This document shows positions 12,209-26,526 of a DNA stretch of 64,000 nt, in pieces (position 1 is the stretch's first letter; every line of letters starts with the position of its first letter). A model generated the notes under the pieces. It searched no databases. It saw only the letters and a program-made list of their open reading frames with translations, and was not told the origin of the DNA. The position numbers and the translations under genes are program-made. The stretch is from contig NC_043011.1 in the NCBI RefSeq assembly GCF_006345805.1, forward strand, positions 18,054,464 to 18,118,463, given 5' to 3'. The stretch comes from Octopus sinensis (taxonomy: Eukaryota).

Positions 12209-12889
12209 TACAGACAATTATAATATAATATACAGTTATTTGTCTATATATCACAAGCTCACATACATATATACCTATACATATATGTATATAAATACTT
12301 ATACATAAATGCATTACGGCAATTATATATTTATGCAATCATACATGTCGGTATATGCGTATTTGAGTGAAAAATCAGTTGGAAGTGAGAAAATTTGACT
12401 TTCCTTTTGATAATCAGATTTAAGGAATGAAATTATGCTATATCAAGAAATTTTGTTAATGCATTTGCGGTATTTTTGTACATACCTGCTTTTGTTTTTT
12501 GTTTTTTTCATCTCACTACACTAGCGATACTATTTTATTTCAGAATAGAACACTAATAATGATAAGCAGATGTGAACAAAGAATGAAACAGAATAGTAAC
12601 AAGCAAAAATATAGCGCATATGATAAAAATATATAACAATAATAGATATTGCCATTAAAACAACTGAGCTAACAACTGTTGCAACGGCAAACTGAAGGAT
12701 AATGAAAAGCAAAAATATATAAATAGATTACAGAAAAGACAATACCACAAATAATAATGAATATATCATAAACGGTGGTAAAGTAGTAGTAAAAAAATAA
12801 TAAAGAAAACATTGTTAAAGAGAAACAACTGCTACTAGAAGAACGATAACAAAGTTAACAACAATGAAAAATTCAACGGTGGCAATAAT

Positions 12890-12987
12890 GATGATGATGT
12901 TGATAATAATACCAATAATAATAATAATAATAATAATATCGATGATGATGATGATGATGTTGATGATATAATTATTATTATTATTAC

Positions 12988-13028
<41 letters not shown>

Positions 13029-13042
13029 TATTATTATTACTA

Positions 13043-13078
<36 letters not shown>

Positions 13079-13125
13079 TATTATTATTATTATTATCATC
13101 ATTAATAATAACAATAATAATAATG

Positions 13126-13177
<52 letters not shown>

Positions 13178-13188
13178 AAATAATAATG

Positions 13189-13246
<58 letters not shown>

Positions 13247-13290
13247 TAATAATAAAAAATAATAATAAAAATAATAATATTAATAGATAT
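12890..13290. repeat. Compound (AAT)n/(ATT)n/(GAT)n microsatellite
   Basis: Direct reading; explains the poly-Ile ORFs. Confidence 0.95.
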
Positions 13291-15554
13291 AAGAAGAAAA
13301 CGAAATCACAAGAACAAGCGTATAGCACATGTACATAAAATGCATGGAAAATGAAATAGCCAAGTAAAAAATATAACAATAACGTGGAAAAATATCTAAA
13401 ATTAATACAGTAAATTATATAGAAAAAAGAGGATAAGACAATAGAAAGTGAAACAAATGTATCATCCAGATATTACCTCTTACAGAGACTGTCTATATTT
13501 CTCTCTCACTATCTCTCTAGCAATCTTCACCACGCCACTCTTAAAAGCTGAAAAATTATTGATAGAATTTGTTTTCGTGTAGTTTTATCTCGTCTACAAT
13601 ACGAATGATTTTATGCGGATTTAAATTTAGTTGTTTTTTTTTATTGTATCGCTTCGTTGTTTTATTTCAAATTTATTGTCTATTGATTTCTTAGTAATTA
13701 CATATCCACCAGTAGTTCAGTGTTAATTAAACTTTTAGTAATCTTGTTCCAATGAATTTTTTTCTTCAATTTTAATTACATTTATATAGCATTAAGAAAC
13801 GCATACGCGCGCATACAAATTGAGGTTATAGATACAGGATCACATATTTGCACTCAAACATACTTCCACACATGCATATACAACCACCCACATTCATATA
13901 CATGTCTAATATATTTATATACACACACCACACACGCACACACAAACACATATCTATACAAATATATATTTATCAATATACGTGCAAAATACATATCACT
14001 CTATGTATATGTGAGTGTGTATACTTGCATGCACAGGTGTGTATGTGTGAGTGTATAGATATATAGTTTGTATATATATACACACGCATACAAACACACA
14101 CATATATATATGGATGTGTATATATATATATATATATATATACATACATACCTATATATATGTATATATATAAAACATATATATGTATATATGTATGTAT
14201 AGATGTGTATATATATATAAATATATGCGTATATCTTTATGTATATCCATACATATTGAAATGTGGGGGTGAAGGTGGTGCATGTATATGAATATGCATT
14301 TTCAGGTATCAAATAGAGAGTCATACACATACGCACAATAACGGTGAAACACTTGGGCAGTTCATATGAATTGAACCTGTCACATAATAAAATATTACCT
14401 CTGGAACTTCGTAACAAATACATATACTTATAATGTTTGGAATTTGCACAGAAATAGAGTATGTTGAACGTTATATTTCAAAACGTGAATATATGTGTCT
14501 GTGTCTGTGTATGTTCATGTGTGTATGTTGCTGTATTTGTGCACATATATGCATGCTACGTTGAGCGTTTGTGTTCTACCTGGTATCTATATATGAACGT
14601 ACGCATGTGTATGTCCTAGTGTGTACTTATTCGCAGATGGGTTCTCGAAAGGAAACTAGAGCTTATAAAATAGATTTTTAAAAAGCCAACTGAATTAAGC
14701 ATAAAATCGTATTATTTTTGTGTAATTTGTAGTCATTAATGGAAACTCCGACATATTTATTTCCGTTTCCATCCGGTAATCATTGATATCATAATCATCA
14801 TCGTCCTCATCAGCAACAGTATTTCCTCTTCGAAACTTCCTCATCATAACCTCATCTTAATTATCCTCCTCCTCCCCTCCTTCACATGATCATCACACTC
14901 CACCTTTTCATCATCATTGTTAGCGTTATGTTTCATGCAACCTAATATGAGATTCATCTTTGTTGCTAACTCCATCGTAATCATAGCCAACTACACCTAT
15001 ACCCAAATTAATTTTTGCACTGAAGCTTGAAGGTACAAGAACCAACCGAGGAATCTATGCGGCCGCGACCCACCACAGCAAGAAAAAATAGTATTTGATC
15101 TATGGTCGACAAGCTCGGTATGCTTTTTCTGCAAACAGACTCGAATATTTTGGCAGCACTAAAAACCAGCTATTTGTGGCCCATCTTGTTTTGAAGCTTT
15201 CTAGTTTGACTCAGCAATCGGAGAAAGAGTTAAAGTGCTAGAAACCATTTGCAGCTGAATTTGATGATGTGATGAGCTATTCTGTGATGTACAAATCACC
15301 AGGTGTGGTGGGTTTCCCCTATATAATACACATGCACAAACACATACAAACACACGTACACACACACGCATATGTATATATAGTGCGTCCATCAATTACC
15401 ATTACAGTTTGAAAAATTCAGGAAAAAATAGAACAAAAACAAGCAAAGCTATTAACTCAGGAGAATTCATTGGAATAAATAAGCAACCAAATCCGAATTG
15501 GGACTTCAGTTTTCGAGAGTTTATTAATGTAACTTTGCAACATCTATGGAATTG

Positions 15555-15800
15555 AAGAAGCGGCCCAGTTCCCTAGACGTCTGCTTCACCAGAAGCAACA
15601 ACTCCAAACTTTTCTTGTGGTGCTTCTTTTAAGACATCGGTTATTGTACAAAAGTTGAAGATATCTGATCTATATGACAAATTACGTTAAGCAATATCCA
15701 ACATACATGAGAAGATACTACAACGCACAAGTTCAGAAGTCAAGCATCGTCTACATGTATTGCGATCAATCAATGGAGTCTACATATAAATGTACTGATA
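15555..15800 (+). mobile_element. Degraded Tc1/mariner-superfamily transposase C-terminus (WPxRSPDL..DFFLWG type)
   Basis: Decayed translation ..PSSLD..FLWCFFKTSV..KVEDI..ISNIHEKILQRTSSEVKHRLHVLRSINGVYI. Confidence 0.6.
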
Positions 15801-17035
15801 CTTTGGTTTCCCAATCACTTCTGATAAGTTATCCTTAATTTTCCTTTTCTTTTTCAGATTTTCAAATTATAAAATGAATTAATGGATATATATATGTGAG
15901 TGTATAAATATAGGTATTTATATAGGTGTATTCATAGGCGTATGAAAGTCTGTGGGCATTTAAAGAATGCAAGCTAAACATACAGAATTTTAATTAGGAA
16001 TATACCTAGGTGTCGTCCTGATAGAACTTAAATTAGAAATAAATGTTTGCTAAGTGCTTTGTTAAACAGTTATTTTTCTAAGGAAGTTACTGGAGGTAAA
16101 TTTGCATGCCCTTAAATCTCATTATTTACACATATTTCTTTAACAATATGAAATATATTCTCTTACGTTTCCGGGAAATTCAATATATTGTACAATTTTA
16201 CAAATTTTATTTTCGATTCACTATAATTCTTGAAATTTCAGAACATATGAGTTTTGTTATAGATATGACTGCTGTTTGTGTTGCATTCTTATAATATACT
16301 TCCCATGTAATTCCCAGCAACATTATCTGTAAGGAAAAGCCATTAACTTTTATGTTTGTATACAAGTATATATTACATTATTGTATATCTCCACTTTTAT
16401 AAAATAATTAGGGTGACCCTTAACTAGGAATTATCTGCTATGTATATGCACATAATGATTTCTGCAGCAACTCAAAATAAATTGGGAATTTCTGCACTTT
16501 AGGACTGTTAGATGCCAACAATTGTGCATACCTCATGTGCTCTATGATGCTGAAACAAGCCTATTGAATTTGAAAATATTTCGTTTCAGAAACTATAGTG
16601 CAGCTATAAAAACAACTAAGGCAGTAGTTTATTAACAAAACGTTTATTTTTTATGTTATTGCAATTCTTCAGTAAATGGATCAAGCAATATTAATGGGAA
16701 AAAGTTTTCTCATTTAAATGCACAACTGTGTACTGAATATTTCGTTGCTGGTGGGTTTGGGAATCGAAGAGATAGTTCTAGTTATGTAGAATATATGATC
16801 GCATGAGTACATATATTCCCTTGCCATCTTGTGTCCAATTTATCCAATACATGGAATTCAATGTAAAGTTTCATTAACATGTAAATCCGTCTAGAGGGGA
16901 ATTTAGATTCTGTTTTCATAAAATAGAGAGGATATTTATGTAACGTAACAGTTCATGGATTATACGTACATACACACGCACGCACACGCACACACTCACT
17001 CTCACACACACATATACATATATAAAGATAGACAG

Positions 17036-17375
17036 ACAGCAGTGGCTGTGTGGCAAGTAGATCGCTTACCAACAACATGGTTCCGGGTTCAGTTCCAAAT
17101 TGAGCGAGTGTCTTCTATTATAGCTTCGGTCAACCAAAGCCATATGAGTGGACTTGGTAGACGGATGCTGAAAGAAGCCCATCCTATATATGTTTGTGTG
17201 CTTGTGTCTCTGTGTCAACCATCGCTTGACGACCAATTTTGGTGTGTTAAAGACGCGTAACTAAGTGGTTCGACAAAAAAATGGACGATCAAATAATTAC
17301 TATGCTTACGACAAATGAGTAAGGGTGGTGCCCCCAGCATGGCCCCAGTCAAATAACTCAAATAAGAGTAAAAAT
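17036..17375 (+). mobile_element. tRNA-derived SINE (same family as 55001-55405)
   Basis: A box TGGCTGTGTGG and B box GGGTTCAGTTCC; body shares TTGGTAGACGG..CTGAAAGAAGCC and CCAGCATGGCC with 55001-55405. Confidence 0.85.
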
Positions 17376-17410
17376 GTAAAAGAGAGAGAGAGATAGAGAC
17401 ACACAGAGAC

Positions 17411-17495
<85 letters not shown>

Positions 17496-17496
17496 C

Positions 17497-17562
<66 letters not shown>

Positions 17563-19082
17563 TGCTCATAGGTAGGGTTAACCAAAAGTAAATTATAAAA
17601 ATCTATTGTTTGTAGGTGAGAATCTATTCATTGTAATGTTTGATATATGAGGATTTATAGATACAAGAAAATAACTGAATTTAAATATATCTAGTGAGCG
17701 ATAAATATTTTATATATACTGTCTGCAGGGGAGCTACTAATAATTTTCATCCTGTAAAGATAAACGAATTTGGCAGATTTATACAACATGCCATCTGTCC
17801 CCAAGCAATCTCTCAGGTTCAGTGCATAAATTTAGACTTTTTGAAAACTATTATGTTGATCAATGAGAAGATTATGAGAAATCAAGGAAACTACGAAGAC
17901 GTTTCATGCGAAGATTGGATCGAGAAGAAAAAGATGTAAGAAACACGCGACATTTGTCTTCTTCGTCTGTAGAAATCTTAATCCGTTAGCTGGAGTAGAA
18001 TAATATAAGACAAAGTAACCCAGCCCAAAATTTGTGAGATAGCTAATCAGTTCTGAGAGGATAGTGTGACCTAATTTAACAAAAGATAGTTGTCTCTACC
18101 CTTGCATTTACTAGAGGTTACTGACCTGGAATTAAGTAGTATGGTGGGATTAGTGGGTCTAAAATATTTGTCCTATATTTAAACCACGGATAATTTGCAT
18201 TACTTTGATCCATTTATATATGGTGTAGATTTCTCCATGATTCTCGCCCTGATTGGATGTGGATGATATTTGGTCCTCAGATTTCATTAATGGCTACCCA
18301 GCTAGTGGCTTTATTTTTCTCAATGTGTAGGAAATAAGACCGGTTGTTCGCATTACAAATATTAAAATTCCCATCACATAAACTGTTGTAATTTTTCTTT
18401 CCGATTACGTTGCCTGGTGTGACCTGCAAGTGATACTACCCTTTGTAACAGAACATTAGGTGTATGGAAATTTTGTTATCGAAAGTGCATTAAAAATCTT
18501 TCTGAAGTAGTGGTTTTCTAGGATATGCTTATTTAACTATACCTATTTAATAATGACAACAATTACTTATGTTAGTTTTAAAATTCAAGGAGAAAATGAA
18601 AATGAATAATATTTTCCTAAGTCTATTTTCAAGTTTTATATTTTAACTGAAGTATGATATGGTATCTTTAATGCCATTATTGGCTGGCGCGTTATTATAG
18701 TAGGGAAAGCTTCATAAAATATTTCTAATCTATATGTTACATCCAATTTCATATTACTTTTATTGGCTATCAAAGTTTTCAACACTAAAGCCTGCCACAG
18801 GACTCTTTATGTATATCGGTTTCTCGTTTGATAATGATGGTATGATACATTTTATAAATGCGTGAGTTTAAATCTGTGGAAATATATCTAAAAAATTAAA
18901 GTTGAATGGAGTAGACAATACAGTAATTTCTCTCTGTTTTCCTAATTTCTTTTATCATAGACCAATCTCCTGGTTTTCAAATAAAAATAACGGTACTCAA
19001 TGGGCGTTAAATATCGCTTCATAAAAGTGGTGTTTTATATAAATCTCCTCAGCATGCTACTGTTGGTAGATCTTTTGTAGTT

Positions 19083-19123
<41 letters not shown>

Positions 19124-19204
19124 TATATATGTATATATATTACATGTATATATATACATATATATATATATATTATATATATATATATATTATATATATA
19201 CAAA

Positions 19205-19513
19205 TGATGAAATTAACCTCTCTGTCTATATATTTACATTCTTTGTAATGTTGGCAAATGAAATAAGAATAAGAATGTACATTGTCCGTTTAATTAAATA
19301 ATTCTATATGTTGCTGGAGATTGCTTGACATTTTAAAACTGATGTAATAGCACCCAGGTGGTGCTATTAAGTTAGACATGGCCTGGGCCAATAATGGCCG
19401 AAACCTATCAAAGTATCAAAGTATCAAAGTAATACATACAGTGTTTAATAAAATGAAGTAGCATGAAACAATTATACTACACTACCTTGGATATTCTTGT
19501 TGCTTATTTTGAT
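19205..19513. repeat. Dispersed repeat, second copy at about 55656-55852
   Basis: GATGAAATTAACCTCTCTG...TTGCTTATTTTGATTAT is shared; this copy carries an extra 79-bp insert at 19350-19428. Confidence 0.85.
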
Positions 19514-19554
19514 TATATATATATATATATATATGCCCACTTTGGTCATATGTG

Positions 19555-19585
<31 letters not shown>

Positions 19586-19586
19586 G

Positions 19587-19622
<36 letters not shown>

Positions 19623-19675
19623 TGTATATATATATGCATATATATATATATATATATATAATATATATATATATG

Positions 19676-19756
<81 letters not shown>

Positions 19757-20533
19757 GTGTCTGGGAAGAGTCATTCTGTTTTATTTCAAACGCTCACGTG
19801 TTCGGTTTTCACTCATTTACTCATTTATTTTTGCTTTGTTGTTGCCTCTTACAATTTATTCAGTAGTCATTCACTCTGTCCTATATCAGAGCTGCCTTCT
19901 TTACGTTTGTTTGTTTCTGCGCATGTGTGTACGTCAGTGTGCATGTGTATACACATATATATGTGCGTAAATGCATTTTCTAGCGAAAAACCTTGCATAT
20001 CACATGGGTGTATATTAAATGTATAAAATTGAGTAGGAAATGGAGATATAGAATACCCAATTAAAAAATAAAATTTTAATAACATGATATATTACTTTAT
20101 TTTTATGATAATGTAATATAATAAATAATATGTATTAAATACATATTACATACAATAGTTTCTATTTTTACACATAATAAAATATAAAAATCCATTGTTT
20201 GTAGCTAAGAATCTCTTCAACGTAATGTTTGATCTATGAGGATTCACAGATACAAGTACAGATTGAATTTAAATTCATTTATTTCTTCAAGACTAAGCGA
20301 CAATAATCTAAAACGAAAACACAGATAATAATAAAGATATAAAAATAAGCTAACATAACGATCGTAAAATGTAGAAATTAATATTTTATTCTAAATATAT
20401 CTTAGCGTATTTGTTTATATTTTAATGCCAGGAACAATATTTAAATTAATATTTTTAAAATCATGGCGAAATAAGAAGTATCCCTTTGATTTATTCATAT
20501 CATTAAAGAAAACATGTTGTTATTATAATAATA

Positions 20534-20810
20534 GTGAAGGCGCAATGCGGTCGGAGAATTGCGGTTTCGATTCCTAGACTGGGCGTTGTGTGTTTTATTG
20601 AGCGAAAACACCTAAAAGCTCCATGATGCTCTGGCATGGGGGGCGACCCCTGTTGTACTCTTTCACCACAACTTTCTCTCACTCTATCTTCCCATTTCTT
20701 GAGTTATACTGCGATGGACTGGCGTCCCATCCAGCTGGGGTAACACATACGCCACAGAAACCGGAAAACTAGGCCCATGAGCCTGGCTAGGCTTGAAAAG
20801 GGCGACATTT
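20534..20810 (+). mobile_element. tRNA-derived SINE, partially deleted head (related to 47083-47530)
   Basis: B box GGTTTCGATTCC; shared GAGCGAAAAC.CCTAAA.GCTCC and ACAACTTTCTCTCACTCT with the 47083 copy. Confidence 0.8.
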
Positions 20811-21443
20811 TATAATGACAGTATGCTATTTATCTGTGAGTAAATAGCAAAATCTAAAATACTTTATCATTTCTAGTCAAAAGTAAATTATATTATGCAT
20901 TGCATTAATTATTTTTAATAATCGTTACTAACAGTCAAAGATTAATAATAAAAAATTCCGCAGCTTATATAAGAAATATTCTTTAAAAATATTATCTTAA
21001 CATTATTATCAACGAAATTAAATAAACGCTGAATTAAACAGTTAACCTAAAAAAATACTCATATCCATACGAACAAAAAATTGTAAAATTAAAATTAAAA
21101 TTACTAAGTTTTTAGAGGAGAAATCTCATCGTAATGGTTATATGCATTTATAGTTATGGAAGAATAGAAGAGACATAATTTCGCAAAACGAATTTACAGA
21201 GTATGTTTTTAATATTGTGTACAATATTATTTATGCAAGAATAATTCTTATCTATATTAATTTATACATAAATACATTTTTTAAATTCTTTTTTCCAAGG
21301 GAAATAATTCACTTTAAATCAATATGTTTATAATTTAATGCATACATAATATAATACTAGAAATATAATATTGAAAACACGGTTTAGTTGAAAATTTAAT
21401 TCAATTTTATACAATTGCATTTAAGATCATTCAATATAGAATA

Positions 21444-22714
21444 CGAGGGGCGTTCAATAAGTAATGCCCCTGACCCACTTCTCATAGCAGTAGAGCAACG
21501 AAACTTGGCACAGTTATTAGTCTTTTTCTACCTAGGAACCACCCAGAGTTACGCATTTCTCACATCGTTTGATGCAGCTCTGAAGAAGACCCCAGCTTGG
21601 TCCTCCAACCACGACGTGACTTCAGAAATCAAGGCTGCATCATCTGGAAAACGCTTTCCTTTCAAAAACAACTTCATGGCTGGGAAGAGGTGAAAATCAG
21701 GGGGTGCAAGGGCAGGAGAGTAGGGGGATGGGAGATGAGTTCATAGCTGCACGCCTGTGCTTCTGATCTGGCGACACGCGAGTTGTGAACCGGAGAATTG
21801 TCCTGCAAGAGGAGGATGCCTTTGCTGATCTTGCCCCGCCTCTTGATTTTGATAGCTTCTCTTAATTTCCTCAAAAGTGAAGCATAATAGGCTCCTGTAA
21901 TTGTGGCACCCTTTGCCAGGAAATCTGTCATCAGTACTCCGTCCTGGTCCCAGAAGACTGTGAGCATGACCTTGCCAGCAGAAGGATGCACCCTTGCCTT
22001 CTTTGGAGGAGGTGAGTCACGGTGCTTCCACTGCATTGACTGGGCTTTGGTCTCTAGACATAGTGATGGACCCAGGTTTCATCCTGTGTAATCAGTCTTT
22101 TGAAAAACTTTGACTCATCTTCTTGGCACATCTCCAAATTCATCCTCGAGCAATCTTCACGTTCTTGCTTCTGGAAAGATGTGAGCAACCTGCGAATCCA
22201 TCTGGCAGGCATCTTTTATATATGCAAATGGTCATGAATGATAGTTTCCACAGACCCGGTACTAATCTTAACCTCATGGGCTATTTGGCGAATAGTTATG
22301 CGTCGATCTTCCAAAATGGCAGCCTCAACATGACGGACAGATGCTTCATCAATGGCAGAAGGGGGTGACCAGATCTGGGAGCTGTTTCCACAGAGTTCCG
22401 ACCATGTTTCAATTCACGATGACAGCGTTTTACAAGGTCACATGATGGCGCATCATTACCATAAGTTACTTTCATTTCATCAAAAGTCTCCCGTGGTATG
22501 CGTTCTTACAAATACAAAAACCGGATCACTGCTCGACACTCAACAGGCTCCATTTCACACTTGACTTAGTTCAAGTAAATCAAAAACCACAATTAGTTCA
22601 GAGCTGTAATTTGCCACTTAATCTATAAGGATATAAATAATTGTACATGCAAAATTTCAGCTAGATAAAATAACTGCAAGTGGGTCAGAAGCATTACTTA
22701 TTGAACGCCCCTCA
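21444..22714 (-). mobile_element. Full-length mariner transposon (irritans-like), ~1.27 kb
   Basis: TIRs CGAGGGGCGTTCAATAAGTAATGC(ccc)TGACCCAC at 21444 and the reverse complement ending at 22714; TA on both sides (21442-43 and 22715-16). Confidence 0.97.
21517..22553 (-). pseudogene. Mariner DD34D transposase pseudogene
   Basis: MEPVECRAVIRFLY...WIRRLLT...LITQDETWVHHY...SAGKVMLTVFWD...LLQDNSPVH...HPP(YS)PALAPSDFHLFP; several stops and frameshifts. Confidence 0.93.
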
Positions 22715-22978
22715 TAACATAATTAAAAACTTCCTAATGACTTCAATATCATTATCATAATTGCTCTTTTCCTTATATTAATATTACTGAAGTTATTAAA
22801 AGAATATAACATATCGTAATGGTCGTAATATACATATATGTTTATGTATATATGTATATGTGCATATATATATATATATATATTATATATAATACCTATA
22901 CGCACATACATGCATACATAGATATCTATATACATATATACACACATATGCGCATGCATAGATACATACATATATATG

Positions 22979-23009
<31 letters not shown>

Positions 23010-23164
23010 GTATATATATAGATACGTATATTCTCATAATAATACATAATACATATCAGTATTCATTTACCCAAATATATAAAAGAATTATAGATAATTA
23101 ACAAAAATGTGCTCACATACATATATACAGATATCACTATATATTTATATATACTCCAGCAGTT

Positions 23165-23400
23165 CTCTACCCTCTCCCTCCTCTCTCTCCCTCCTCTCTC
23201 TCCCTCCTCTCTCTCCCTCCTCTCTCTCCCTCCTCTCTCTCCCTCCTCTCTCTCCCTCCTCCCTCTCCCCTCTCTTTGCCCTCTCCCCCTCCATCCTCTC
23301 ACTCCACTCCCTCCCTTCTCTCCCTCTCTCACCTGTCTCACTCCATTCTTTCTGTATCCTTCCTCCTTCTCCCATCTCTCTCTGCCTTTCTTTAACTTCG
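23165..23400. repeat. CT-rich low-complexity minisatellite
   Basis: Repeated CTCCCTCCTCTCTCT-like units; explains the SL/ER-rich ORFs. Confidence 0.9.
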
Positions 23401-24899
23401 CCATTGGAACACTACCCCTATGCTAAATTTATATGTTTAAACCTCCTACTCTACCTTCAGTTAACGTTTTTAACCACGTATTAAATATTACGTTCCTCTT
23501 TCATCATTTCATAGACGTTTCTCATTCCCGCTTTTTTTTCATACTCTTTCTGTCTCACACTTCACTTTATCCTCTTTTTCTTTCTCTCTTTTCTTTCTCC
23601 TTCATCTAATCACGTGAAAGCGTTACAATAATATTCCCCGTACCTCGCGGTATGAACGTTTTTCTCTCCCTCTTTTTGTCTCTCCCTTTTCCTCTCTCTG
23701 TCTTTTAATCTCTCCCTGTTTTTGTTCTCCCTCTTTTTTTTCTAATCACAAGAAAGCATTACCTACGGGCTTGGTAACGTAAGGACAAGCAGAATTATCA
23801 TACGATAAAACAAAACTTTTCTTACACAGATAATATTATCTTCTGCTGCACATAATGGGACCTGTCATATTCGATTAACCCGTGGTTGTTTAGTAACGAA
23901 CTTTTATTCGTTCAAATGCTAACTGAAACATATTGTCTGTACGATATTTATTATAAAGTGACACCATTTTTGCTTGAATTGTAGAGTTGTTTCACATTGT
24001 CATATTCATTCTTGCTTTCGAAACGAAATCTCCATTGTGTGAAAGCAGAATATGTTACTGTAATAGCATGTTCATTGAGTTCTCTTTATGTCAACCTGTT
24101 GTTAATAAAACTTCATTTTGTGAGATGTAATATGAAAACCGTCAACATAATCATTCTGATTTTCAAGTACAGGAAATATGCCGAGGTTATCAAATTTTTT
24201 GGCGTAATTCTTTCTTTTCTTCTCTTTCAGTTAATAAAACATACTCATTATTTGTTTATTAAAATTAATCATTTCCAAAGTAAAGTTAATTGTCATGCAC
24301 TTTTTAATGATATTTTCAAGTACAAATAATTCACATCATATGTTTCCACCATATCTTCATTGCCTTTAAATGAACCATAATGATTATTGTTAAATTTTAA
24401 GAAACATCTATGGAAGGGCTTTGTCCTTCAGTATTGATTCTTATTCAACCATAACACCAGACCATATATCTAAAATGGGGAGCATCCGAAGTATATTTCA
24501 ATTATGACAAAATCTTCTCACTGAATTCTACAGTAGCAATCCTCATATCATTACATTATCAATTTTCTTATAATCGTCCCTGACAAACAGCGCCTACCTA
24601 ATAGTTCAGGTTTATTTTTCGGAGTTTTCAGTGAGCAGTCAATGGTACAAGAAGCTTCGCTGGACATGATTAATGTCAAAGGCATCATTAATGACGTATG
24701 TATCATAGATGTCAAATTTTCTATATGTTTTGGAAGACAGAAACCATTGCATGCTGTTCACTATTCTTCAGCAGATTTGTTGCTCTCTTCGTGAATGTTA
24801 AAGGAGGTAATTTCATAGATGATTTTTACAGAAATAGCATCTATTAACCTCTCATCTTGTTTCTCTGTGGCAGCCATGTAAAAGTTCTATTAAAATGTA

Positions 24900-25070
24900 C
24901 ACGTATTGGCTTCAGCTATATCTCCCTCCTTGTATCAATAGTTTCCTTCTAGACATTAATAACACAGTTTGTGTCGATCAGGTTATTCCCATCTATCAAG
25001 CTAATCTACCTCGTCGTTATCCAGAGCTAAGTTTTGAGCCTCTATTATTCCTTCTATATGTCACTCGCAT
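24900..25070 (+). mobile_element. Degraded CR1/L2-like LINE reverse transcriptase fragment
   Basis: INSFLLDINNTVCVDQV...YPELSFEPLLFLLYV resembles SFLSxRxQxVxVDG...VPQGSVLGPLLFLLYI. Confidence 0.5.
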
Positions 25071-26471
25071 GTCACAGCAATAATCACGTTCTAATATTTT
25101 ACCTTCAGCTATTATTAGAGTAAACTCATTTTTTCGTATGCGCTAATTTCAAAAATACTTCATCATTTTGTATCCTGAATTTCGACTTCTCATCATTCTC
25201 TCGCATCACATACATAAAAAAAGTAACGGTAGTTCTCAAACGGTGTCATCAACCACTCCTCTTTAGTTTCATAACTCATTCTGTTAAGAATCCAGTATAC
25301 TCCCCAGTTACTACTAGATTTTGTTTTATTCAATTGTGATGAATGTATATATGCTAATTCCAAAAATTCAATTGCTTTTAACACCAATTCCAAATTTGCA
25401 TATGTACTAGAATATTCATAATTGGTACCGTTGCAGGTACGTGGCTCAGTATGCAGAACTATAGAGATATACCTGCTGCTTTGAATCTTGGTCAATCGTG
25501 TGCATATTAGATGTCCTAATATAGATATATCATGTACACTTAAACGTCATATATATTTTTACGGAGTATTACTTTATGATTGGGTTATTGGCATGGATAA
25601 TTCTTTGAAGTTGATATTACGACTAGTGGTCTGAGAATTAATTTCTCTTGATATAAGTAATATTGAACGAACTCACCGAAGTGGTCGTTAGATATTTCCT
25701 TCACGGCAAGAGTTGTTAACGATTCCATCGGTTTGAATTCAATGATCTACGGAGCTGGTAAAGATCGTCAATTGCACTAGGTTTATGGTTCAGTAATAAT
25801 ATAATGGACATTCACTTTTAATTCTCTCCTATTTTACATTTTTCGCACTGTAGACGGAGACAACCAATTTCATTGCAGCATTCGTCTACATTCTCTTATA
25901 TTCATTCACTGTGTTTTCTTTGCTCTGCCACTGCAATAGATATATTCATAATCTGCAAATTTCTCCTACACATTACACCTTTTTCTTCTATCTCTTCCTG
26001 GTGATAAGTGTTATCTGCGATCTACAATCACTCTGTCTCTATTCTACTTCTGTTCATCACAGTTCTGTTTATTCCTATGATGGGCGTCCCTATGACAGAC
26101 TTTCGTCTCTATACTTCTTTTGCTTTCCATTGCTGCTACTTTTGATATAGATCTTCAATTATTTTCCTTTGCACTCAATTCTTTTCCTATGCTACAAATA
26201 TTATTAATTGTAGCATGTTGGTATTACAGCGACAAAAATTACTTCGATAATTCCTCATACTGAACAGGAAATGTAACCGCGGTGAGCAGGAAAACGGCGG
26301 CGTAGTTCCAGGGAGATAGAAAGGAGCGGTGTGATCTGTAGATGTGCGAGTATATACGTATATATGTGATTTTTATGTCTGTGCTTGTCTATTTATTGCA
26401 TGCACACACATAATATATGTATATATGTGCTTATGCATGTGTGTGTATATATGCTTGTGTATGTATATATG

Positions 26472-26526
<55 letters not shown>

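Noticed and set aside
17694-17939. 81-aa ORF with flanking AG/GT sites
   Set aside because: No recognisable domain; splice signals are equally explained by chance
25853-26150. About 100-codon hydrophobic open frame after a strong acceptor
   Set aside because: Pyrimidine-rich composition suppresses stops; no homology recognised; may be antisense of a decayed TE
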